From NCBI GenBank assembly GCA_031409335.1, contig JANNWY010000160.1, positions 1 to 64,000 of the forward strand: a stretch of DNA of 64,000 nucleotides, given 5' to 3'. The position numbers and the translations under genes are program-made. This DNA comes from Chthoniobacteraceae bacterium. GTDB lineage: Bacteria; Verrucomicrobiota; Verrucomicrobiia; Chthoniobacterales; Chthoniobacteraceae. Below are positions 56,482-64,000 of the stretch, piece after piece; positions within the stretch are counted from its first letter, which is position 1; each line of letters opens with the position of its first letter. The notes beneath the pieces are model-generated. The model was not told the origin of the DNA, did not search any database, and saw nothing but the letters and a program-made list of their open reading frames with translations.

Positions 56482-58203
56482 TCATGGTTTGAAGACATCC
56501 TGCATGTAAAGGACGCGACCGGTTTGGTTGCCGAAGCGGGCGTCCTGCACGCGGAAGCCCTCGGGGAACTGTGCGAGGATGAAGAGCTGGAGCTGGTTCG
56601 GCGGGAGTGCGGGGCCGGTGATGATGTTTGGGATGCCCTCGATGGTGCCGAGCGCGCGGGCGATGAGGACGGGGCTGGCAGTGTCCATCCAATCGGTTCC
56701 CACCGTTTCGTCCGGGTTGCCGGCAATGAACACTCCGGGCCCACGATACGCGCCGGAAGTGAATGCGTGGTAGCTTTGGTCCGAGAAAAAGGCGGCCTCG
56801 GCTTCGCCCGCGCCATCCAACACCCATCGCCCGTCTGCAGCTTTCATTTTATAGAAGCGCCCGCTGCGGCGCACCCAGGCATTGACGACTTCCTTTGGAA
56901 AGCCGGGCCCGGGGACGAGGATGAGACTTTCGAGCAGGCCGGAACTATGCGCGTTCCACTCGGCGACGCTGACCTCGACGTGGTCGCCCGTGAGGACGCC
57001 GCGGTGGATGAAAGGGCGCGTCGAGAAAAGCGGGATGTCCACTTCAAAGCGGCCTTCGCGTCCGTTGATGATGACGCCGTTCACCGAGTCGAAGTCGGTG
57101 GCGGTCGAGTAAAGATTCGCGGGTGAGTTGTGGGTGAGTTTGTAGGTGCCGCCGCGCGTGGCAAAGGCGCTGATCCATTGCGTCACGTCGTGGCGTCCGT
57201 CGCCGAGGCTCCGCGCGATGGCGAGGGCGCGGATTTGGGATTTTTCATTCGAGCCGCGCCGCCCCGCGAAGGCAAATGCGCCGCCAAAGCCGACGACGAG
57301 GGCGAGGAAAAAGGCGATCGACCGGAACCAGGGAATCCTTTTCGAATAACGATAGTGGACGGGGCCGACGACGATGACGTAGGCGGCGGTGAGGAGGTAG
57401 ATGAGCCACCAGGCGATTTTGGGCTTGGTGAGAGAGGCGAGCATCTGGAGGAGCTGCTGCTCCAGATCGTAGATGAGGACGCGGGCGTTGGTGCGCAGCT
57501 CTGGCGCGGGATGGCCGTGGTCGGTGAGGTATTGCTCGCTGATGCCGGCGCGGGTGATTTCGTGGCGGATGACGCGCGGGTGGTTGTTGAGAAGCGCGAA
57601 GGCTTCGGGGAAGACAGGGAACTGGCCATCCGCGCCGTGGAGGAGATGGACGGTGCCGCCGCGGCGGAGCCAGTCGAGGAAGGCATCGCGCCGGAGCGGC
57701 TCCCAGCGCGGGATGTGATCGAGCGCGACGGCATCGAGTGCGTCCGTGGCGGCGACGGTGGTGGGGAAAAGATCGTCGGGAAAGGCGCGGAGTCCGCCGG
57801 TTCGCGCGAAGACATCCTGCGGGTCGAGCAGCAGCACGCGGGCGGGAGCGCCGGCTTGCGCGCCGTCAAATTTTTCGCTCCCGTTTTTCCCCCAACTCAG
57901 CCGCCAATCGCCTCCGGCCTGGCCGACGAAAACATGAAACTGCAACCAGCGCTGGGTGCCGGCGGCGAGATAGACGGGCTGGATCGTGGGTGCGCCGGAG
58001 GATTTTTCGAGGCCGTTGCGACGCTCCAAAGCGAACTGCCCATCGAAGGCGCGCGCGTCGGGATTCGAGACGAGGACGGAGAGGATGTTAAAGCGCCCGA
58101 GACGCACGCGCCCATCAAAGCCCCACCGCTTTTCGCGAATCTCCAGCGCGGAAGTCGAGCCGCCGAGGAGGAGCAGCAGGATGAAAACGCGGAGCTGGGA
58201 CAT
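56482..58203 (-). CDS. Membrane-anchored secreted protein associated with the ABC ATPase
   Basis: Signal peptide, large extracytoplasmic domain, central TM pair (YVIVVGPVHY), second extracytoplasmic domain. Confidence 0.75.
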   Translation of the reverse strand: MSQLRVFILLLLLGGSTSALEIREKRWGFDGRVRLGRFNILSVLVSNPDARAFDGQFALERRNGLEKSSGAPTIQPVYLAAGTQRWLQFHVFVGQAGGDWRLSWGKNGSEKFDGAQAGAPARVLLLDPQDVFARTGGLRAFPDDLFPTTVAATDALDAVALDHIPRWEPLRRDAFLDWLRRGGTVHLLHGADGQFPVFPEAFALLNNHPRVIRHEITRAGISEQYLTDHGHPAPELRTNARVLIYDLEQQLLQMLASLTKPKIAWWLIYLLTAAYVIVVGPVHYRYSKRIPWFRSIAFFLALVVGFGGAFAFAGRRGSNEKSQIRALAIARSLGDGRHDVTQWISAFATRGGTYKLTHNSPANLYSTATDFDSVNGVIINGREGRFEVDIPLFSTRPFIHRGVLTGDHVEVSVAEWNAHSSGLLESLILVPGPGFPKEVVNAWVRRSGRFYKMKAADGRWVLDGAGEAEAAFFSDQSYHAFTSGAYRGPGVFIAGNPDETVGTDWMDTASPVLIARALGTIEGIPNIITGPALPPNQLQLFILAQFPEGFRVQDARFGNQTGRVLYMQDVFKP

Positions 58204-58293
58204 GACGTGCGCAAAATGTGGCAGCGATGGGCGGGGAGCGCGAGCCTTGACACGCCGGATGCGCCCGCAAAAGGTGCGCGCTCACTTTTCACC

Positions 58294-59265
58294 ATGCCCA
58301 CGCCTCGCATTCTCTCCGGCATCAAACCGACTGGCGCTCCGCACATCGGGAATTTTTTCGGCATGATGAAGCCGGCGATCGAGTGGCAGGAGCGCGGCGA
58401 GGCGTTTTACTTTATCGCGGATTATCACGCGCTGACGACGGTGCATGATCCGGCGGCGCTGCGGGGTTTCACGCGCGGGGTGGCGCTGGATTTTCTGGCG
58501 TGCGGGCTCGACCCGAAACGGGCGGTGCTTTTCCGCCAGAGCGATGTGCCGGAGCATACGGAACTGGCGTGGCTGCTGAGTTGCGTGACGCCGATGCCGA
58601 TGCTGGAAAACGCGCACGCTTACAAAGATCACGTCGCGAAGGAGAAGGTGCCGTCGCACGGGCTGTTCGCGTATCCGGTGCTGATGGCGGCGGATATTTT
58701 GATCTACGACAGCACCGTAGTGCCGGTCGGGCGCGATCAGAAGCAGCACGTGGAAATGACGCGCGACATCGCGGCGAAGATGAACGCGCTTTACGGGAAT
58801 GTGTTCGTGATTCCCGAGGCGAGTATTTTACCCGCGATGGCGACGATCCCCGGGCTCGACGGGCAGAAGATGAGCAAGAGCTACGACAATACGATCGCGC
58901 TGTTCGACGAGGAGAAAGCGCTGCGGAAAAAGATCATGGGCATCACGACCGATTCGACGTCGATGGAAGCGCCGAAAGATCCCGCGAACTCGACGATCGT
59001 CGGACTTTACAGACTCTTTTCGTCTAATGCGGATGTGGCGCAAATGGAGGTGGACTTCCGCGCGGGCGGCATTGGCTACGGCGAATTCAAGAAGCGGCTC
59101 TTTGGCGCGGTGTGGGACTTTTTCGCGACGGCGCGGGCGCGGCGGGCGGAATTGGAAGCCGATCCGGCGTACGTGGACGCAGTGTTGCGCGATGGCGCGG
59201 GGCGCGCGAAGGCGGTCGCGGAAAAGACGATGACGCGCGTGCGGAGCGCGGTGGGGCTGGTTTGA
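58294..59265 (+). CDS. trpS: Tryptophan--tRNA ligase
   Basis: SGIKPTGAPHIGN, YPVLMAADIL, VPVGRDQKQH, KMSKS. Confidence 0.96.
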   Translation: MPTPRILSGIKPTGAPHIGNFFGMMKPAIEWQERGEAFYFIADYHALTTVHDPAALRGFTRGVALDFLACGLDPKRAVLFRQSDVPEHTELAWLLSCVTPMPMLENAHAYKDHVAKEKVPSHGLFAYPVLMAADILIYDSTVVPVGRDQKQHVEMTRDIAAKMNALYGNVFVIPEASILPAMATIPGLDGQKMSKSYDNTIALFDEEKALRKKIMGITTDSTSMEAPKDPANSTIVGLYRLFSSNADVAQMEVDFRAGGIGYGEFKKRLFGAVWDFFATARARRAELEADPAYVDAVLRDGAGRAKAVAEKTMTRVRSAVGLV

Positions 59266-59408
59266 AAAAATATGCAACCGCCGCGGAATGAGAAACGAAT
59301 GAACTCCGCGGTATTAAACATTGCGACGTCTGAAAGACTTTGTAAGAGTTAGAAACGTTCGTGCCATGCCATAGTGGTTTGGCCGCGCAAAACAGGAGTA
59401 GTTTGTAT

Positions 59409-59642
59409 ATGATGAATGAGAATCCAAATGAAAGAATGGGCTCCGACCCGATCGCGTCTGAAAAAGTCACGATAGAGCGGAAAATATTCTTTCTTGATTT
59501 GAAAGAGAACCAGCGTGGCCGGTTCTTGAAGATCACTGAGGATGTCGGGGGACGACGTGATACGATCATGTTGCCAGCACCGGCATTCCGAGATTTTCTC
59601 GAAGCCCTGCAACGTTTGGTTGAATTCGAGTCCAAGCTCTGA
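59409..59642 (+). CDS. PUR-domain (PurA/DUF3276) nucleic-acid-binding protein
   Basis: SEKVTIERKIFFLDLKENQRGRFLKITE...RDTIMLP...F is a single PUR repeat. Confidence 0.88.
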   Translation: MMNENPNERMGSDPIASEKVTIERKIFFLDLKENQRGRFLKITEDVGGRRDTIMLPAPAFRDFLEALQRLVEFESKL

Positions 59643-59710
59643 GCTGGTCTCGTTTCCCTAAAACCCGTCTCGCTTCCCCACCCCGGTAAGTAATTTCGAG
59701 ACAATATCTC

Positions 59711-59747
59711 AGAGCCGCTTGCCTTCCAGGGAGCGGCTCTTCTTTTT
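59711..59747 (+). terminator. Intrinsic terminator
   Basis: AGAGCCGCT...AGCGGCTCT stem followed by TCTTTTT. Confidence 0.7.
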
Positions 59748-59794
59748 GTACCGCCATCGCTTCGGGAGCGCGATGGATGATTTAGCCGAGGTTG

Positions 59795-60202
59795 CTATTG
59801 CGGGAGGACGGCCTGAGGGGCGGCTGCTTTTGCCTCCCATTTTTCCCGGTGTTTTGCGACGATCTGGTCGAATTTCTTCTGTTGCGCTGGATTGAGCACC
59901 GCCCTCACTTTCCGCTCCGCGATTGCGATAGCCTCCGACGTGCGCGGTTGCGAATCGGCACGAATCATTCTCAACTCGATCCGCGTTTCCGTCGCGATGT
60001 GCCCGAGCATCTGCTTTTGGGAGTCGCTGAGTTTCAGGTCCTTTTCGAGCCGGTCGGCGATTTTCGCGACGACGGCTTCGGGGCCGCCCTCGATCACGTC
60101 GCGCATTTCTTTCCAGATGGTCCCGCCCGTCAGCGCGGCACCGACGATGACGCCGAAAAAGAAGATGAGGAAAACGCCGAGGAATCCGCGGAGCCGCTTC
60201 AT
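59795..60202 (-). CDS. Periplasmic Spy/CpxP-like helical protein
   Basis: N-terminal TM; LKLSDSQK...VLNPAQQKKF (LTxxQ-like) motifs. Confidence 0.7.
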   Translation of the reverse strand: MKRLRGFLGVFLIFFFGVIVGAALTGGTIWKEMRDVIEGGPEAVVAKIADRLEKDLKLSDSQKQMLGHIATETRIELRMIRADSQPRTSEAIAIAERKVRAVLNPAQQKKFDQIVAKHREKWEAKAAAPQAVLPQ

Positions 60203-60510
60203 CGGCGGCCCCCGGTGACGAAGGACATCAGCGCGTAGTCGTCGCCTTTGAGCGCGACTTCGGCCACGGCGTTTGCGGTGGTTTCCACCTGCGCGACCGA
60301 GAGGCTGCCCCACCATCCGGCGGCGAGCGCGATGGCGGCGAAGAACGGCGTGAGCTTCCACGCCCACGCAAAAATCCCGGTGCCGCGGTCTTCGCGCAGC
60401 CGGGCCATGAGCCGCGTCTCAAAGCCAAATTGCGCGCGCGCGGTGTCGGGCGCATCGGCGCGGGCGGCGCGGAAGAGCGCGTCGAGTTGCGGATCGGGTT
60501 CAGTGTTCAT
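60199..60510 (-). CDS. Putative anti-sigma factor (single TM)
   Basis: LDALFRAAR...FGFETRLMARLR followed by a TM; overlaps the sigma gene. Confidence 0.75.
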   Translation of the reverse strand: MNTEPDPQLDALFRAARADAPDTARAQFGFETRLMARLREDRGTGIFAWAWKLTPFFAAIALAAGWWGSLSVAQVETTANAVAEVALKGDDYALMSFVTGGRR

Positions 60511-61126
60511 GGCTGGTCTCCAGGATTTTTTTCAAATTTTGCCGCGCGCGAAAAGCCCGCACTTTGACATTGCTCTCGCTCCACCCGGTGAGTTCCGCCA
60601 CTTCGCGGACGCTGCGCTCCTCGATCTCGCACAGCGTCACGATCAATTGCTCCTCCGCCGTGAGCCGCCGCATCGCAAACGCGAGCAACTCCCGCGCGCG
60701 CCCGGCGGCGACGGCGGAGTCGATCGTCACGTCGCGCACTTCGTATTCGATCGCATCCAGCGTCACCTGTTCGCGGACGCGGCGTTCCTTTCGCAAAAAA
60801 TCGTAACACGCCGAGACGATGATCCGCGCGAGCCAGTGCTCGAATGGCGCGTCGCCACGAAATTTCCCGAGATTCCGAAACGCGCGCAGAAAAACCTCCT
60901 GGCTGATGTCGTCGAGCTGATGATCGTCGCGCGCGAAACGGGCCGCGGATGCGAACACGCGCCGCTTGTAACGCCGCACGATTTCCGCGAAGGCGTCGTC
61001 GTCTCCGCGGAGCGTGGCGGCGACGAGCGCTTCATCGGCGGCGGGCGCGGGCTCTGGCATCGACGCCGTTTTAGGGATGACCTCGGCGAATGACAATGCG
61101 GGCCAGGAAAGGGCTAGGGTGCTCAT
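60500..61126 (-). CDS. ECF RNA polymerase sigma factor
   Basis: DDISQEVFLRAF, FEHWLARI, SVREVAELTGWSESNVKVRAFRAR. Confidence 0.93.
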   Translation of the reverse strand: MSTLALSWPALSFAEVIPKTASMPEPAPAADEALVAATLRGDDDAFAEIVRRYKRRVFASAARFARDDHQLDDISQEVFLRAFRNLGKFRGDAPFEHWLARIIVSACYDFLRKERRVREQVTLDAIEYEVRDVTIDSAVAAGRARELLAFAMRRLTAEEQLIVTLCEIEERSVREVAELTGWSESNVKVRAFRARQNLKKILETSHEH

Positions 61127-61188
61127 CGGGTGTCAGTGCGACCGCGGCTGGCCAAAGGTGGAAAGTCGCAGACTGCATCGCACCCTCA

Positions 61189-61215
61189 GACGCGGATTTT
61201 GCGGAAAGCGTTACA
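61189..61215 (-). promoter_or_regulatory. ECF-type autoregulatory promoter
   Basis: Minus-strand TGTAAC-N17-CGTC immediately upstream of the ECF gene. Confidence 0.6.
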
Positions 61216-61233
61216 GAAAACTTCCCCGCGCGA

Positions 61234-63393
61234 TCACGCCGCCACCGCGCAATCGCCGAGACACGCGCGCACGATGTGCAGGAGCGTGTCCGGGTCGTAG
61301 GGCTTTTGCAGGAAATGGATCTCGTCCGCACGCGGCGCACTTTGCCCCATGAGGTCGGCGCTGTAGCCGCTGGTGTAAATCACGCGCAGCCCGGCTTTGC
61401 GCGCTTGCAACTGCGCCGCCAGATCGCGACCGCTGATCCCGCCTGGCATCATCATGTCGGTGATCACCAGATCGACGCCGTCGCCGCGCTCCGCGAAAAG
61501 CGACAACGCGCTCGGACCGTCTTCAGCCAGCAGCACGTGATAGCCCGCGTCTTCGAGGACCGCTTGGACGAGTTCGCGCAACGCTGGTTCATCCTCCGCG
61601 ACCAGGATCGTTTCGGTGCCGCCGATTGGCGCTGGCGTCGCGGACGCCGGGAGGTCGGGTGCTTCGACCGCGCTGGCGCTGCAGGGAAAGAACACGTCGA
61701 AAGTGGTGCCGGTTCCGGGCTCGCTCTTCACGTCGATCCAGCCGTCGTGCTGGCGGACGATGCCATAGACTGTCGCGAGGCCGAGGCCTGTGCCTTTCCC
61801 GATTTCTTTTGTCGTAAAAAATGGCTCAAACACGCGGGCGAGTATCTCGGGCGACATTCCGCAACCGGTGTCGGAAACGCTCAACCGCACATAGTCGCCG
61901 GGCTTCCGCTCGGGAATTGGATCGCAATCCTGTGGTGAACGACTCATCGGAAGCGCCTCGATCCGCACGGTGCCGCCATTCGGCATCGCGTCGCGCGCAT
62001 TCACCGCGAGATTCATGAGGACCAGCTCGACGTTTCCGGGATCGCCCACGATCGCCGGGAGGTCGTCCGGGCACGCGACTTCGAGCGCCACGTGATCGCC
62101 CAGCAAGCGCCGCAGCATGTCGCCGACTTGCTCGATGACGCGATGCACTTGCATCGCGCGCGGCTGCGCCACCTGGCGGCGGCTGAAGGAAAGAAGCTGG
62201 CGGGTGAGTGAGGAGGCGCGTTCGGACGCGGCGAGGACTTCGGCGAGCGAGCGGCGACTTGCCTCCTGAAGGTGCGAGCCGGCGAGCTGCAGGCTGACGT
62301 GGCCGCGGATGACGGTGAGGATGTTGTTAAAATCATGCGCCACTCCCGCGGCGAGCTGGCCGATGGCTTCCATCTTTTGCGACTGGCGCAGTCGCGACTC
62401 GAGTTGCACGCGCTCTGTCACATCTTCGATCAGCAGCAAAATGTGCGGCACGCCGTCGAGATCGAGCGGTTCCGCCGTCACGCGCGTATCGCGCGGATCA
62501 CCGACGCGCGTCTTCATGCTGCAAGCCAGCCCGCTGACACACTGCTCGCTTTCCAGCCGCCCGAGCAGAACGGCAAGATCCGTGCGCTCGTTCCACATCG
62601 GTAGCGAAGAGATGTTCTCCAAAAGCACCTCGGCGCGCGGCCAGCCGAGCGATTTCGAGAAACTTTCATTCGCATCCATGAAGCGGTGATCGTCCTGCGC
62701 GATGATCGCCATCGCGATCGGGCTGGCGTTGAACGCCTTTGAAAAGCGGCGCTCCGAAACACGCAACGCAGCCTCAATCAGAATGCGCTCCTGCACTTCG
62801 AGCGAGAGCCGTTCGTTCGCGGCCTGGAGCGCCGCGGTGCGTTCGCGTACCAGCGCGTCGAGCTCCTCCATCCGCAGACTCGCCTTGCGGCCCAGCAGCC
62901 ACTTCTCCGTCAGCGCGTGCGCAAATTGCAGCACCTCCACATTGTCGAACGGCTTTTTCAGGATCAGCAGCTTGTCCGTCGCGCCGAGTTTCGCGGTGAT
63001 TTGTTCCCACGAAAAATCCGAGTATGCCGTGCAGATCACGACCTGCAGCTCCGGGTCGGCTTTCCAAAGATGAGCGATCGTCTCGACGCCATCCCAGCCC
63101 GGCGGCATCCGCACATCGACGAATGCCGTCGCGTACGGCCGCCCCTCCGCCATCGCGCGCTCGAGCATCTGCAAGCCCTCGCGACCCTGCATCGCCGAAT
63201 CAATTTCAAAGCTCAACTGCCGCGAAGCCTGGGGCGCGTCTCCAAAGAGCGCCGCTTCATCTGCGTCGAGTTCGCCCGACGCGCGGTCGTCGATCGGGCC
63301 CAGGATTTTGCGGAAATCCTCGTGAATCGCCGGGTTGTCGTCGATGACGAGGATGCGGTGATGCGCGAGTGGGAGAAGAGCTGGGCCGGTCAT
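61234..63393 (-). CDS. Hybrid histidine kinase (REC-PAS-HisKA-HATPase-REC)
   Basis: ILVIDD...[47 protein letters not shown]-terminal REC. Confidence 0.93.
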   Translation of the reverse strand: MTGPALLPLAHHRILVIDDNPAIHEDFRKILGPIDDRASGELDADEAALFGDAPQASRQLSFEIDSAMQGREGLQMLERAMAEGRPYATAFVDVRMPPGWDGVETIAHLWKADPELQVVICTAYSDFSWEQITAKLGATDKLLILKKPFDNVEVLQFAHALTEKWLLGRKASLRMEELDALVRERTAALQAANERLSLEVQERILIEAALRVSERRFSKAFNASPIAMAIIAQDDHRFMDANESFSKSLGWPRAEVLLENISSLPMWNERTDLAVLLGRLESEQCVSGLACSMKTRVGDPRDTRVTAEPLDLDGVPHILLLIEDVTERVQLESRLRQSQKMEAIGQLAAGVAHDFNNILTVIRGHVSLQLAGSHLQEASRRSLAEVLAASERASSLTRQLLSFSRRQVAQPRAMQVHRVIEQVGDMLRRLLGDHVALEVACPDDLPAIVGDPGNVELVLMNLAVNARDAMPNGGTVRIEALPMSRSPQDCDPIPERKPGDYVRLSVSDTGCGMSPEILARVFEPFFTTKEIGKGTGLGLATVYGIVRQHDGWIDVKSEPGTGTTFDVFFPCSASAVEAPDLPASATPAPIGGTETILVAEDEPALRELVQAVLEDAGYHVLLAEDGPSALSLFAERGDGVDLVITDMMMPGGISGRDLAAQLQARKAGLRVIYTSGYSADLMGQSAPRADEIHFLQKPYDPDTLLHIVRACLGDCAVAA

Positions 63394-64000
63394 TTTTCGA
63401 CTGAATTCGGTGCGACCGGTAGTTTCAAAGTGAAGGTTGCGCCGCGGCTCAATCCCTGGCTGGATGCAGTAAGTGTGCCGCCCATCTCCTTTGCTGCATT
63501 TGCGCCGCTGTGCAGGCCAAAGCCATGGCCGCTGTCGCGTGTGGTAAAGCCGTGGCCGAAAATGCGATCGAGGTTTTCCTGCGGAATGCCGATGCCGTTG
63601 TCCGCGATCACGATGCTGACAAATTCACCGGCGGCCTGGATCGAAATGGTGATCGTCTTGTCCGGGCCATTCACATCATCAAGCGCGTGTTTGGCGTTGC
63701 GCAGGAGATTGATGAGAATCTGCAAAACCTTGTGCCGGTCCACGCGCGCCGCGGGAGCCGGGCTGAAGCGACGCTCGACAGCGATGCCGTGGTGCTCGAA
63801 GGCGCCATAGTTCATCGCGATCGCATCCTCCACGAGCTGCTCCACGGGCAGCATCTCGAAAACGCCGCTGACCTTTGCGTAGCTCTGCTGCATCGCCACG
63901 ACTTCCTTGATATGCTCGATGTTGCGCCCGAGCTGATCGATCTCGCCGAGCAGCGCGGTATTTTCCGCGACCAGATGCTCGCCGAGTTTCGCGAGGTAGC
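63390..64000 (-). CDS. Sensor histidine kinase, C-terminal part (5' end outside the window)
   Basis: QILINLLRNAKHA, DNGIGI, GFTTR..GHGFGLH; frame open to the window edge. Confidence 0.9.
   Translation of the reverse strand, partial: YLAKLGEHLVAENTALLGEIDQLGRNIEHIKEVVAMQQSYAKVSGVFEMLPVEQLVEDAIAMNYGAFEHHGIAVERRFSPAPAARVDRHKVLQILINLLRNAKHALDDVNGPDKTITISIQAAGEFVSIVIADNGIGIPQENLDRIFGHGFTTRDSGHGFGLHSGANAAKEMGGTLTASSQGLSRGATFTLKLPVAPNSVEK

Overview
GC-rich bacterial DNA that looks verrucomicrobial (Chthoniobacterales-like; inferred from gene content: PEP-CTERM/exosortase, PATR-repeat and CotH/lamin-tail giant proteins, an Amuc_1098-like secretin fold). Bases 1-6.4 kb are a decaying accessory region. 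It holds a split, IS-truncated secreted-protein gene, a PEP-CTERM gene carrying an in-frame REP doublet, and a delta-60 repeat gene frameshifted at a G8 run. The last 146 bp of that delta-60 gene are duplicated, and each copy is followed by a toxin-antitoxin-like pair. Next come WecB/TagA, exosortase plus EpsI, and a PEP-CTERM/DUF4331/TPR/HupE-UreJ operon. These are followed by a J-domain protein, a rhodanese, a tandem secretin-like protein, and a Fur/PerR-sufC-sufB-(small ORF + nucleotidyltransferase)-sufD-hyp-larA operon. The middle carries hflKC, a xylose-isomerase-like gene and a surface-protein cluster (three CotH/LTD proteins, F-type lectin and PATR PEP-CTERM proteins, DUF1080). The end has rho with a long structured leader, an ABC ATPase, trpS, a PUR-domain protein, an ECF sigma operon and two histidine kinases. 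Best candidates for novelty: (1) TA cassettes arrayed behind copies of a gene's 3' tail; (2) a shared non-PEP C-terminal domain on five secreted proteins, plus an orphan tandem secretin; (3) a TA-like pair translationally coupled inside suf; (4) a two-copy MITE. All family calls come from motif recognition by eye; no database searches were run. No rRNA, tRNA or CRISPR array was seen.
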